From assembly GCA_964596625.1 (NCBI GenBank), contig CAZQVC010000001.1:1-44675 (forward strand): DNA of 44,675 bases. The letters run 5' to 3'. The position numbers and the translations under genes were made by a program. The notes beneath the pieces were generated by a model that saw only the letters and a list, made by a program, of their open reading frames with translations, was not told the origin of the DNA and made no database searches. This document shows positions 35,955 through 44,675 of this stretch, piece by piece (the stretch's first letter is position 1; each line of letters opens with the position of its first letter). This DNA comes from an uncultured bacterium. Its GTDB lineage: Bacteria > Deinococcota > Deinococci > Deinococcales > Trueperaceae.

Positions 35955-36659
35955 ATGCTACAGAGGTTGACAGAGGTGCAGGCCTTCGACCTGCAGATCG
36001 ACTCGCTCCGGCAGGAGCGTGCAGAGGTACCGCCAGAGCTCACAGCACTGACCGCCAAACGCGACGACTTGAGGCGCCGCCTCGAGGCGAAGCGCGCTGA
36101 GGTCGACGACTTGAGGCGCAAGGTCAACACCAACGAGCTCGAGCTGAAATCGATGGGCGAGCGTCGCCGCGCGGCTGCCGACTCCGCCATGCGCGCCAGC
36201 AGCGCCAAGGAGGCCTCGCAGTTCCAGAACCAGGAGCTGCAGTTCGCCACGCGCGTTCAGGAGCTCGAAGAGGACACCCTGCCCCTGATGGAGGCGCTGG
36301 AGACCGTGACCGCCGAGCACGACGCGCTGAAGGCGGAACTCGACGAGCTGCTACCCCAGCTGGAGGACATGCGCCTCGCCGAGGAGGCGAGGGTCGCCGA
36401 CGTCGACGCGCGCATCGAGAGCGCCGCGAGCGAGCGCGAGAGCCTGGCGGCCGAGATCGACGGCTCGCTCCTCAAGCAGTACGACCAGATCCGCACGGCG
36501 CGGCGCGGGATCGGCGTGGTCGAGATCGTCGGCAACGCCAGCTGCGGCGGCTGCAACGTGCGCCTGCCCATCCACATCGTGCAGAAGGCCCGCAAGGGCG
36601 TCGGCGTGACGCGCTGCCCGAGCTGCGGCCGCATCCTGTGGCACGAGGCCGCGGCCTAG
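35955..36659 (+). CDS. C4-type zinc-ribbon coiled-coil protein (COG1579/DUF164 family)
   Basis: A long coiled-coil N-terminal part and a C-terminal CGGCNVRLP...CPSCGRIL zinc ribbon. GGAGG lies 4 nt upstream. Confidence 0.85.
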   Translation: MLQRLTEVQAFDLQIDSLRQERAEVPPELTALTAKRDDLRRRLEAKRAEVDDLRRKVNTNELELKSMGERRRAAADSAMRASSAKEASQFQNQELQFATRVQELEEDTLPLMEALETVTAEHDALKAELDELLPQLEDMRLAEEARVADVDARIESAASERESLAAEIDGSLLKQYDQIRTARRGIGVVEIVGNASCGGCNVRLPIHIVQKARKGVGVTRCPSCGRILWHEAAA

Positions 36660-36678
36660 TCGGACTCGAGACTACAGC

Positions 36679-37719
36679 TCAGCGCAGGATGCCCAGCGGG
36701 TCGATGGCCCTGCCTGCCTCGTAAAGCTCGAAGTGCAGGTGCGGGCCGGTGGAGATCCCCGTCGACCCGATGTAGCCGATGATCGCGCCCTGGTTGACGT
36801 ACTGACCGACGCCGACCGCGATCGAGCTGAAGTGGCCGTACCAGGTCTCGGCGCCGCCGGCGTGGCGGATCTTCACGAGGTTGCCGTAGCCCTGCGACGA
36901 CCAGCCGGCGTAGGTGACCGTGCCGGCCCGGGCGGCGCCGACGGGCGTGCCCCAGCTCGCGGCGACGTCGATGCCGCGGTGGAAGCTCGATGTCCCCATG
37001 CCGAGGTTGCGGGGGCCGAAGTACGACGTGAGCCGGCCCTGGACCGGCCAGACGTAGCGGTTCTCCTCTTCCCTGACCTTCTGCAGCCTGGCCAGCGCTT
37101 CGGTCGGCACGACGTCCGGCAGGAACAGCAGCATGCCAGGCACCACGTCGAACGGTGAGCGCAGCGCGTTGGCCCTGGCCAGCTCCGCGGCGTCGATGTC
37201 GTACTCGGCCAGCAGGTCGAGCACCGACTCGCCGCTCTGCAACGTCACCACAAGGCCCTGGGAGGGCGGGATCAACAGGTCGAAGCCGAGCGGCAGACGG
37301 TCGAGCGAGGAGATGTCGGGGTTGGCGCCGACCATCGCGGTGAGGCTCACGCCGTAGCTTTGGGCGACGCTGCTCAGCGTCTCGCCGGCCCGCAGCGTGT
37401 GCCAGCGGAACCCCGGCGGGGCCGCCGCCTCGGCGATGGCGGGACCGCCGATGGCGTCGACGTAGGGGACCTTGAGCAGCTGACCGGGGTGGATCACGTT
37501 GTCGCTGAGGCCGTTCACCGCCATGAGGTCGGCGACGCTGACGCCGTAGCGGTCGGCGATCAGACCCAGGGAGTCGCCCTCTGCGACCGTGCGTAGTGCG
37601 TATGACTCTGCCGAAGCGAAGCCGGCGCCCGCGGCGATCGCGAGTGCGGCGAAAACGACATGCGTGAGCTTCGGCAAGGGTCCAATGTCTCCTACGGGGC
37701 TGCCTGGGAGAGGCGACAT
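36679..37719 (-). CDS. Secreted peptidoglycan endopeptidase: three LysM domains plus an M23 peptidase domain
   Basis: Three LysM repeats (YALRTVAEGDSLGLIADRYGVSVADLMAVN..., HTLRAGETLSSVAQSYGV..., VTLQSGESVLDLLAEYDI...). M23 motifs HRGIDVAA and GSTGISTGPHLHFELY. TTG 37677 behind TAGGAG gives a cleaner signal peptide and is the alternative start. Confidence 0.9.
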   Translation of the reverse strand: MSPLPGSPVGDIGPLPKLTHVVFAALAIAAGAGFASAESYALRTVAEGDSLGLIADRYGVSVADLMAVNGLSDNVIHPGQLLKVPYVDAIGGPAIAEAAAPPGFRWHTLRAGETLSSVAQSYGVSLTAMVGANPDISSLDRLPLGFDLLIPPSQGLVVTLQSGESVLDLLAEYDIDAAELARANALRSPFDVVPGMLLFLPDVVPTEALARLQKVREEENRYVWPVQGRLTSYFGPRNLGMGTSSFHRGIDVAASWGTPVGAARAGTVTYAGWSSQGYGNLVKIRHAGGAETWYGHFSSIAVGVGQYVNQGAIIGYIGSTGISTGPHLHFELYEAGRAIDPLGILR

Positions 37720-37722
37720 TAG

Positions 37723-37731
37723 ACGCTAACA
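37723..37731 (-). promoter_or_regulatory. Extended -10 TGtTAGCGT in an AT-rich patch upstream of the LysM-M23 gene
   Basis: Read directly. ATGACA lies 17 nt upstream as a -35 candidate. The hexamer is only 3 nt from ATG 37719, which favours the downstream SD-led TTG 37677 as the start. Confidence 0.4.
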
Positions 37732-37881
37732 AACGCTTTATGAGATTGTCATGAGGTTTTGCACTGGGAGCCGCTACCTGCGCTCATCGGCGTGCACAGC
37801 CTCCCTGCTCGTCCAGGCTCTCGCGGTCCTCGCGGGCACACTGGCCCACGTTCGCGGACTGTTCCGCGTCGGAGGCGCGCC

Positions 37882-38352
37882 CTACTCGCCGGCGTTGGCA
37901 GCGCGGCGCCTCGAGACCTCCGCGCGCAGGTAGTCGACGACGTCCGACGTGTTGGTGCCGGGCGTGAAGATCGCGCCCACGCCGAGGCTCTCGAGCTTCG
38001 GCAGGTCCTGGTCGGGCACGATGCCACCACCGAACACCAGGATGTCGCCAGCGCCCTTCTCCTCGAGCAGCGCGACGACCTCTTGGAAGTAGTGCATGTG
38101 AGCGCCGGAGAGCACCGAGAGCCCGATGGCGTCGACGTCCTCCTGCAGGGCAGCGGCGACGATCATCGGCGCCGTCTGCCGCAGGCCGGTGTATATGACC
38201 TCCATGCCGGCGTCCTTCAGCGCGCGGGCGATGACCTTCGCGCCGCGGTCGTGCCCGTCCAGCCCCGGTTTCGCGATCAGCACGCGTATGTCGCCGACGA
38301 CAGCGGAGCGCTCGTTGGCGCCGCCCGTGTCGTGCCCTCCCGCGCCGGCCAT
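37882..38352 (-). CDS. Methylmalonyl-CoA mutase family, B12-binding small subunit
   Basis: Motif [32 protein letters not shown] (DxHxxG cobalamin motif). The start directly abuts the large-subunit stop. Confidence 0.9.
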   Translation of the reverse strand: MAGAGGHDTGGANERSAVVGDIRVLIAKPGLDGHDRGAKVIARALKDAGMEVIYTGLRQTAPMIVAAALQEDVDAIGLSVLSGAHMHYFQEVVALLEEKGAGDILVFGGGIVPDQDLPKLESLGVGAIFTPGTNTSDVVDYLRAEVSRRRAANAGE

Positions 38353-39999
38353 CTAGATGAGCACCGGCTCCTGGTACACGCCGTGGACTTCGCGCAGCAC
38401 GTCCATCTGCTCGCCCAGCGTGCAGTAGGCGTGAGCGCAGCGCAGGAAGGCCGGCATCGTGTTGCTGCCCTCCTTGGCCGCCGTCCGCAGCGCCTCGAGA
38501 GCAGCCTTGGCCTCGCCGGCGTCGCGCTGGCTGCGGACCTCGGCGAGGCGCCGCTTCTGCACCTCGACGACCTCGGGGTCGACCAGCTGGATCGGCACCT
38601 CGGGATGGTCCTGCACGAAGGCGTTGACGCCGACCACCAAGCGGCGCTTCTCGTCGATCTCACGCTGCTGCAGCCAGCTGGCGTCGCCGATCTCGCGTGC
38701 GAAGAAGCCCTCCTCGATGGCGTCCTCGACCCCTCCGAGCGCGTCGATCTGCTCGAAGTACGCAAGGGTGCGCCGCTCCATCTCGTCGGTCAGCGACTCG
38801 AGGAAGTACGAGCCGGCCAGCGGGTCGATCGTATTGGTGACCCCGCTCTCGTGGGCGATCACCTGCTGGGTGCGCAGCGCCAGCGTCGCCGCCTCCTCCG
38901 TGGGGAGGGCCAGCGCCTCGTCGTAGGAGTCGGTGTGCAGGCTGTTCGTGCCACCGAGCACCCCGGCCAGCGCCTGGATGGCTACTCGGGCGACGTTGAC
39001 CAGCGGCTGCTGCGCCGTGAGAGAGACGCCGGCGGTCTGGGCGTGAGTGCGCAGCTTCCAGGAGCGGGGGTCCTTGGCGCCGAACACGTCGCGCATCTGG
39101 TGTGCCCAGATGCGCCGGGCCGCCCTGAGCTTGGCGATCTCTTCGAAGAAGTCGTTGTGCACGTTGAAGAAGAAGCTGATGCGGGGAGCGAACTCGTCGA
39201 TGTCGAGGCCGCGCTCGAGCGCCTTGCGCACGTAGTGGATGCCGTCGGCCAGCGTGAACGCCAGCTCCTGCACGGCGTTGGAGCCGGCCTCCCTGATGTG
39301 GTAGCCGGAGACCGAGATGAAGTTGAAGCGCGGAGCGTGCTTCGGCCCCCACTCGAAGGTGTCGATCACGAGGTCGACGCTCGGCCGCGGCGGGAAGATG
39401 TACTCCTTCTGCGCGATGAACTCCTTGAGGATGTCGTTCTGCAAGGTGCCCCCGACCTTCTCGAGGGACGCGCCCTGGCGCTCGGCCATGGCCAGGTACA
39501 TCGCCCAGATCGCGTTCGCCGGGCTGTTGATGGTCATTGAGGTGGTGATGGCTTCCGGGTCGATGCCCTTGAACAGCACCTCCATGTCGGCGAGGCTGGC
39601 CACCGCCACGCCGCACTTGCCGACCTCCCCGAGCGCCATGGGGTGGTCGCTGTCGTAACCCATCAGGGTCGGCAGGTCGAACGCCGTAGACAGACCGGTC
39701 TGGCCTGCCTCCAGCAGCTTGTGGAAGCGAGCGTTGGTCTGCTCGGCGGTGCCGAAGCCGGCGAACATCCGCATGGTCCACAGCCGGCCGCGGTACATCG
39801 TGGGCTGCACGCCCCTGGTGTACGGGAACTCCCCAGGGTAGCCGAGCTTCTCGGCGGGGTCGAAGCCCTCGAGGTCCTCGTGGGTGTAGAGCGGGTCGAC
39901 CGGGATCTGCGACAGCGTCTCGAACGCCGCGTCGCGCTCCGGGTGCTCGTCCGTGGCGCGCTGGTAAGCGGTCTTCAGCCACTCATCCTTGGGCCTCAT
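38353..39999 (-). CDS. Methylmalonyl-CoA mutase family, catalytic large subunit (split, archaeal/Thermus-type)
   Basis: Motif [35 protein letters not shown]...[20 protein letters not shown]. The Tyr in TMY is as in MCM rather than ICM. The ATG overlaps the ygfZ stop (ATGA). Confidence 0.93.
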   Translation of the reverse strand: MRPKDEWLKTAYQRATDEHPERDAAFETLSQIPVDPLYTHEDLEGFDPAEKLGYPGEFPYTRGVQPTMYRGRLWTMRMFAGFGTAEQTNARFHKLLEAGQTGLSTAFDLPTLMGYDSDHPMALGEVGKCGVAVASLADMEVLFKGIDPEAITTSMTINSPANAIWAMYLAMAERQGASLEKVGGTLQNDILKEFIAQKEYIFPPRPSVDLVIDTFEWGPKHAPRFNFISVSGYHIREAGSNAVQELAFTLADGIHYVRKALERGLDIDEFAPRISFFFNVHNDFFEEIAKLRAARRIWAHQMRDVFGAKDPRSWKLRTHAQTAGVSLTAQQPLVNVARVAIQALAGVLGGTNSLHTDSYDEALALPTEEAATLALRTQQVIAHESGVTNTIDPLAGSYFLESLTDEMERRTLAYFEQIDALGGVEDAIEEGFFAREIGDASWLQQREIDEKRRLVVGVNAFVQDHPEVPIQLVDPEVVEVQKRRLAEVRSQRDAGEAKAALEALRTAAKEGSNTMPAFLRCAHAYCTLGEQMDVLREVHGVYQEPVLI

Positions 40000-41015
40000 G
40001 CCGGCATTATAGGGGCGTCGAGGGTGAGCCGCCGACCCGCCACGCCGCCCACGGACAACCGGGCGTCCTCCGGCAGGTCGCTCCTCAGAACCCCGAGAGC
40101 CCGCACCGTGCCGTCCGGCAGCCGAGCCGTCGTGCCGAGCAAACCGACGCTCCTGCCGTCGAGCGTGATCTTACGCGCGTCGGCGTCGCCTTCGCCCGAC
40201 GCGGTCGGCAGGCCCTCGAGCTCGAGCAGCGCCAGGCCCCTGCGCAGCGTGCCGCGCGCCTCGATGCGGGCCATGATCTCCTGACCCAGGTAGCAGCCCT
40301 TGCGGTAGGAGAGCAGCGAGGTGAGGCCGGCCTCCTGCGGCAGCACACCGTCGCCTCCCTCGCCACCGGCGCTCGGCACGCCGGCCGCGACCCTCGCAGC
40401 GTCCAGCTGCTCGGCTCCCACCGCGACCGCGCCGGCCTCTGCCAGAGCCGCGACCGCGGCGTCGGCCAGCTCCGCCGCGCCTTGGTCGGCCAACAGCACC
40501 AGGTCGAAGCCGCCGGCCTTCGAACGGCGGGTGCGGTAGACGAGAGACGCCTCGCCCCAACGCTCGTCGAGCAGTTCGAGCGTGTCGCCTTGCGGGGTCG
40601 GGAGCCCGGCGGCCTCGAGCGCCTCGGCCGCGCGCGCGCCCTGCAGCGTGACGACCGCGGCCGGCACCTCTGCGAGCTTCACGTCGTCGAACACGATGTG
40701 CCGCTCGAGCGTGTCCTTCACCCAGGCGAGCTTCAGGTCGTCGACCACGCAAAGCAGCCGGTCCGCGGTGCGCGCCACGGCCGTCTCGGCCAGGGCGTGG
40801 CCCTTGTGGTTGAGCAGCAGGCTGCGGCCGACCCGGCCTTCCGCGAGGCCGTTGACGTCGTTGGCGAGTTGGCCGTGGAGGAAGCCGCGCGCGTCGCTCC
40901 CTGTGAGGGCCAGGACCGCGCTGCCGGGCAGCCGGGCGACGAACGGCGGGCCGTCGATGGCGGCAGCCAGGGCGGCCGCGGTGAGATCAGGGGTGAGGTC
41001 ATGAGGTCGCGTCAT
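39996..41015 (-). CDS. ygfZ: Folate-binding YgfZ/GcvT-family protein
   Basis: Motifs [18 protein letters not shown] and the signature [20 protein letters not shown] 41015 sits behind GATAAT and a 6-nt spacer. Confidence 0.8.
   Translation of the reverse strand: MTRPHDLTPDLTAAALAAAIDGPPFVARLPGSAVLALTGSDARGFLHGQLANDVNGLAEGRVGRSLLLNHKGHALAETAVARTADRLLCVVDDLKLAWVKDTLERHIVFDDVKLAEVPAAVVTLQGARAAEALEAAGLPTPQGDTLELLDERWGEASLVYRTRRSKAGGFDLVLLADQGAAELADAAVAALAEAGAVAVGAEQLDAARVAAGVPSAGGEGGDGVLPQEAGLTSLLSYRKGCYLGQEIMARIEARGTLRRGLALLELEGLPTASGEGDADARKITLDGRSVGLLGTTARLPDGTVRALGVLRSDLPEDARLSVGGVAGRRLTLDAPIMPA
40006..40011 (-). promoter_or_regulatory. -10 box TATAAT inside the ygfZ 3' end, 6 nt before the mutase ATG 39999
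   Basis: A consensus hexamer, read directly. Confidence 0.4.
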
Positions 41016-41021
41016 GCCGCC

Positions 41022-41027
41022 ATTATC
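41022..41027 (-). promoter_or_regulatory. -10 box GATAAT, 6 nt before the ygfZ ATG 41015
   Basis: Read directly. There is no SD. Confidence 0.4.
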
Positions 41028-41115
41028 GGCCCGGAAGGCGACCCTGCCGGTAGCGACAGGGCCCAGGCTGCGAGATCCGGGATGGGTCCAAGTAACGCGA
41101 CGGCCCGGCGGCGCC

Positions 41116-41739
41116 CTACAGGTCGATGAGCGTGAACTGGAACGCGTTGACCACACGGACGCCCTCCGGCGTCTCGTGTGTGCGGCTGGCGCTGCTGCCG
41201 CTGAGGTGGACGTGCCCGTGGACGTGGAGCCGGGGGCGCCAGCGCCGGTGGAAGTCGTTGAAGGCCGGCACGCCGCGGTGCGCGTAGTCGTCCCCCGCGG
41301 TCGGACCGACCGGAGCGGCGTGAGTGAGCAGCACGTCGACGCCGCGGCCGTAGCGACGTTTGCGGGCCCAGAGCCGGGGCGCGAGGCGCGCCAGCATCAG
41401 GGCGAACTCGCGCTCGCTGTACTGATGAGGGCCGTCGCGGTACCGCGGGCTGCCCTCCACGCCGAGGATGCTCAAGCCGTTCACCTGGGTGAGGCGCAGG
41501 TGGGCGTTGACCCAGCCGCCGGGCGGGTGCAGCTCGCCCTCGTCGTCGCGGACGTAGCCCTCCGCGTGGTTGCCGAAGACGAACAACGTCGGCACGCTCA
41601 CCTTGGTCGCGATGAACTCGAGCGTCTGGCCAGGGAGGTCGCCCGCCGCCAGCACCGCGTCGAACTCAGGGAGGTTGCCGGGGAAGTTGTGCGAGTAGAC
41701 GACCGGTGAGACCTCGTCTGCGACCGCCAGGAGACGCAC
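41116..41739 (-). CDS. Metallophosphoesterase family protein
   Basis: Motifs LLAVADEV, AAGDLPG, FGNHA, LLTHAAP and HGHVH. The GTG start lies 7 nt after the prfB stop. Confidence 0.8.
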   Translation of the reverse strand: MRLLAVADEVSPVVYSHNFPGNLPEFDAVLAAGDLPGQTLEFIATKVSVPTLFVFGNHAEGYVRDDEGELHPPGGWVNAHLRLTQVNGLSILGVEGSPRYRDGPHQYSEREFALMLARLAPRLWARKRRYGRGVDVLLTHAAPVGPTAGDDYAHRGVPAFNDFHRRWRPRLHVHGHVHLSGSSASRTHETPEGVRVVNAFQFTLIDL

Positions 41740-41746
41740 TACGGGC

Positions 41747-42836
41747 TCAGGCAGCCGCTTCGCGGGCCGACCACTCGAGCCCTGACCAGATGAGGTCCTC
41801 GATGTCGCCGTCGAGCACCGCCGAGGGGTCGTGGCGCGTGAGCCCGCTGCGGTGGTCCTTCACGTACTGCTTGTCCAGCACGTAGCTGCGGATCTGCGAG
41901 CCCCACTCGATGGCCTTCTGCACGCCGCGGGCCTTGAGCTGCTCCTCGAGCCGCTTGGCCTCCTCGCGTTCGAAGATGCGCGAGCGCAGCACCGTCATGG
42001 CCTTCTCCCGGTTCTTGATCTGCGACTTGCCGTCCTGGCACGTCACGACGATCTCGTCCGGAGTGCCGCCGCGATAGACCACCCTCACCGCCGAGTCGGT
42101 GGTGTTGACCGACTGGCCGCCGGGGCCGCTCGAGCGGTAGACGTCGACCCGAACGTCCTTGGGGTCGATGTCGAGGTCGAAGTCGTCGTCGATCTCCGGC
42201 ATCACCTCGACCGAGGCGAACGACGTGTGCCGGCGGCTCTGGGAGTCGAACGGGCTGACCCTCACCAAGCGGTGCACGCCGCCCTCGACCCGCAGCTTGC
42301 CGAAGGCCCGCTCGCCGCGCACGATCATCTGCGCGTACTCGATGCCGTTGGGCGCGTCGTGGTTGGGCACGACGTCGAGCAGCTCCACCGTGAAGCCGTG
42401 GCGTTCGGCGTAGCGGCGGTACATCCGCAGCAACATGCCGGCCCAGTCCGCCGACTCGGTGCCGCCGGCGCCGGGCTTGATCGTGACGATCGCGGGCCTG
42501 TCATCGTGGTCGCCGTTGAACAGCGTCTCACGGTAGAGCTCGTCGAGGTCGCCCTCCACCCTGGCTCGCTCGTCACCGAGCTCCTCGATGTCCTCGTCAG
42601 ACGCGATCTCGTACAGCTCGCCGAGACCTTCGATGTCGTCCTGGAGCGTCGAGAACTGCGTCAGCACCCGCCGCAGGCGGGTCGCCTCCTGGGTTATCTG
42701 CTTGGCCTTGTCCGGGTCGTTCCACAGACCCGGGTCGTTCAGTTGTGGTTCTAGCTCTTCGAGCCTGGCCCTCTTGGTGTCCAGGTCAAAGATACCCCCT
42801 GAGGTTGTGGATGCGTTGTTGCAGTTCGCCGATCAT
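41747..42836 (-). CDS. prfB: Peptide chain release factor 2, requiring a programmed +1 ribosomal frameshift
   Basis: Frame 0 reads ATG 42836 MIGELQQRIHNLRGYL then TGA (42788-42786). The +1 frame continues DLDTKRARLEELEPQLNDPGLWNDPDKA... into the 306-aa track ORF, which carries the SPF-type region, GGQSVNTTDSAVR (GGQ) and the rest of RF2. GGAGG lies upstream of the ATG. Confidence 0.95.
42786..42800 (-). promoter_or_regulatory. prfB: prfB +1 frameshift cassette AGG GGG TAT CTT TGA C
   Basis: An internal SD-like AGGGGG, a 3-nt spacer, the slippery CTT, then an in-frame TGA followed by C. This is identical in form to the canonical RF2 autoregulatory site. Confidence 0.9.
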
Positions 42837-42857
42837 GGTCGTTGCCTCCGAGGCGCC

Positions 42858-42863
42858 AGTCTA
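42858..42863 (-). promoter_or_regulatory. -10 box TAGACT upstream of prfB (short SD-containing leader)
   Basis: Read directly. It is followed by GGAGG and ATG 42836. Confidence 0.35.
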
Positions 42864-43011
42864 ACGCGCCCCCGCCGGTCTAGATGACGCGGGCGCTGCT
42901 CGTCGGCCAGCCACTTCGAGGCGCCTGGTGGAGGATCGCAGTCGCGTACCGAGTACCGCGCCAGTGCGTGCACGGGCCGCCTTCATCGTGCGTCGGCAAC
43001 GCGTTGGGCGG

Positions 43012-43020
43012 TGTTATCCT
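43012..43020 (+). promoter_or_regulatory. Extended -10 TGtTATCCT, about 110 nt upstream of the cdaA TTG
   Basis: Read directly. It matches the hexamer at 24078-24086. No start codon follows at 6-9 nt, so it would give a ~100-nt 5' UTR. Confidence 0.3.
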
Positions 43021-43130
43021 GAGGGCCACCGAGGGTACTCCCTCTATCGGAAACGACCGCTGCTGCGGAACACCGCTTCGAGCCGCGCGCATCGCCCCCG
43101 CGCGTACGCCGCTCGCCGGAGGCGAACGAC

Positions 43131-43871
43131 TTGTCGATAATCGAAGGGTTCCGGCTTCAGGACGCGCTGGACATCCTCATCATCGCGACGCTGCTTTACC
43201 AGGGTTACATCCTGCTGTTCGGCTCGAGAGCCTGGAACGTCTTGCGGGGGATCCTGGGTCTCGCGGCGATCTGGTTCATCGCTGTGCAGTTCCGGCTCGA
43301 GCTCACCCGCTGGCTCTTCGACGCCGTCGCTCCCGTCGGCTTCATCGCCCTCGTGGTCGTTTTCCAGCCCGAGCTGCGCGCGGTGCTCGAGCGCTTCGGA
43401 CGTGGCCGTTTCAGGTCGTCGATCTCGGGCGACCCCGTGCAGGAGATCATGACGGCGGTCCGCGAGCTCGCCACCCAGCGACGCGGTGCGCTGATCGCCA
43501 TCGAGCAGCGCACCCCGTTGAAGGAGTACGCCGAGACCGGCACCCCGATCGGCGCGCCGATAACCGCAGCGCTGTTGCAGACGATCTTCGCCTCGAAGGG
43601 ACCGCTGCACGACGGCGCCGTACTGGTCAAGGAGGACATCGTCACCCACGCCGGCGCCATCCTGCCGCTCTCTGACAAGCACGAGGGCTGGTCGGTGAAG
43701 CACGGCACGCGGCACCGCGCCGCCCTCGGCCTCAGCGAGGTCAGCGACGCGATCGTCGTGGTCGTCAGCGAGGAGCGCGGCACCGTCAGCATCGCGCGCG
43801 ACGGGGTCCTGACCAGCGACATCGCGCCGGCCAACGTGATCAAGACGCTGAAAGAGGCGTACGCGACGTGA
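43131..43871 (+). CDS. cdaA: Diadenylate cyclase CdaA (DisA_N domain, membrane-anchored)
   Basis: N-terminal TM region DILIIATLLYQGYILLFGSRA. DAC motifs GALIAIE, DGAVLV and GTRHRAALGLSEVSDAIVVVVSEERGTVS. The TTG start sits behind GGAGG and 8 nt. Confidence 0.92.
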   Translation: MSIIEGFRLQDALDILIIATLLYQGYILLFGSRAWNVLRGILGLAAIWFIAVQFRLELTRWLFDAVAPVGFIALVVVFQPELRAVLERFGRGRFRSSISGDPVQEIMTAVRELATQRRGALIAIEQRTPLKEYAETGTPIGAPITAALLQTIFASKGPLHDGAVLVKEDIVTHAGAILPLSDKHEGWSVKHGTRHRAALGLSEVSDAIVVVVSEERGTVSIARDGVLTSDIAPANVIKTLKEAYAT

Positions 43872-44675
43872 GCGGAGCTTGGGCTACCTTCAGGGCCGTG
43901 CTCGAGCGGCTCGCGCGCAACTGGCCGACGAAGCTGGCCGCCGTCGGCATTGCGTTCCTGCTCTGGCTGTTCGTGACCAACAGCAACACCACGACCTCGC
44001 AACGCGGCATCCTCCTGCCGTTGGTGGTCGAGGGCGTCGCCGAGGACCAGGTCGCGGTCGGCCTGCCGACGACGGTGGCGGTCTCGGTCAGCGGTCCTAG
44101 CTCGCGGATCAACCGCCTGACGCAGGAGATGCTGCGCGCGACCCTAGACCTCAACGAGATCAGCGGCGCTTTCGAGCAGCCCATCACGGTCCAGGCACCT
44201 CAGGAGATCGAGGTCGAGAGCGTCGAGCCCGCGCTGGTCATCGGCTTCCTCGAGTCGATCACCTCGAGCTCTTTGGCGGTGCAGGTCGCGCTTACCGGCC
44301 AACGGCCGCCCAGCGCCCTGCTCGAGGCTTCCGCCAGTCCGCCAAGCGTGACGCTCACGGGCCGCAGCCAGGTGCTCGACTCGGTGCAGCGGGCGGTGGC
44401 CATCGCGCCCGCGACGGGCGGCGGTCTCGCCCCGGTGATCGTCCTGGACGGCGAGGGGAACCCCGTCGACGGCGTGACCGTCGAGCCGCCCGAGGTGACC
44501 GTTGCCGTGGCCACCCGCGACGCGCTGGTGATCAAGGAGGTCGCCGTGACGTTCGACGCGCCCAGCGGCCCCAGCCTTGTCAGTGCCACGCTGTCCGGTC
44601 AAACGGTCGAGGTCGCCGGTAGCGAGGCCGCGCTCGAAGGCGTCGAAAGCGTGACGGCGACGGTAGACGCGCCTA
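43868..44675 (+). CDS. cdaR: YbbR-domain protein (CdaR-like cyclase regulator), 3' end outside the window
   Basis: The GTG overlaps the cdaA stop (GTGA). The frame stays open to the window end. An N-terminal TM segment (LAAVGIAFLLWLFV) is followed by repeated YbbR-like beta segments. This ORF is not in the supplied track because it lacks a stop. Confidence 0.8.
   Translation, partial: MSGAWATFRAVLERLARNWPTKLAAVGIAFLLWLFVTNSNTTTSQRGILLPLVVEGVAEDQVAVGLPTTVAVSVSGPSSRINRLTQEMLRATLDLNEISGAFEQPITVQAPQEIEVESVEPALVIGFLESITSSSLAVQVALTGQRPPSALLEASASPPSVTLTGRSQVLDSVQRAVAIAPATGGGLAPVIVLDGEGNPVDGVTVEPPEVTVAVATRDALVIKEVAVTFDAPSGPSLVSATLSGQTVEVAGSEAALEGVESVTATVDAP

Noticed and set aside
42880-43092. Small ORFs in the prfB-cdaA gap (70 aa on the - strand, 70 aa on the + strand).
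   Set aside because: GC3 is only ~75%, against ~90% in real genes here. There are no start signals (no SD, no -10 at leaderless spacing), and the composition is odd.
42864-43130. A c-di-AMP (ydaO-type) riboswitch upstream of cdaA.
   Set aside because: I could not find the conserved ydaO core elements (for example the ACGGGGA / CCCGAAxCC-type motifs and the pseudo-twofold arrangement). Only generic helices are present.

Overview
The window is about 70% GC, densely coded bacterial chromosome with a core-genome character. I found no rRNA, tRNA, CRISPR array, transposase or integrase. I call 43 protein genes. The housekeeping set is secA (5'-truncated at the window edge), pyrF, moaC, truA, mnmE, lepB, pgl, glgP-type alpha-glucan phosphorylase, holB, PSP1/ricT, rnhB, truD, prfB, cdaA and a 3'-truncated ybbR/cdaR. 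There is also a split methylmalonyl-CoA mutase coupled to ygfZ, and an Asp23-DAK2 (yloU/yloV) pair. Envelope and accessory genes include two tandem lipoproteins built from three copies of one PPC-containing module, a beta-barrel-like secreted protein, a PEGA protein, a LysM-M23 peptidase, an HtrA protease, a patatin lipase and a BatA_N/VWA membrane protein. A histidine kinase carries a degenerate receiver domain, and a DUF512 radical-SAM gene is coupled to a UbiA prenyltransferase gene. Gene content and promoter layout resemble Deinococcota (Deinococcus/Truepera-like); this is inference only. Main observations: (1) Many genes carry a TAnnnT -10 box, often TGn-extended, ending 6-9 nt before the start codon with no Shine-Dalgarno, which is the layout expected for leaderless mRNAs. 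(2) One such promoter drives a 15-codon Pro-rich mini-ORF whose stop codon sits in the loop of the only GC-hairpin-plus-T-run terminator I found, 18 nt before a zinc-ribbon gene, so it is a candidate translation-sensing attenuator. (3) prfB has the classical +1 frameshift site, unusually early at codon 16/17. (4) pyrF has no canonical start codon upstream of its conserved N-terminus. (5) The modular PPC lipoprotein pair. I did not recognise a clear-cut novel multi-gene system such as a defence island. All functional calls come from motif recognition by eye, not from database searches.
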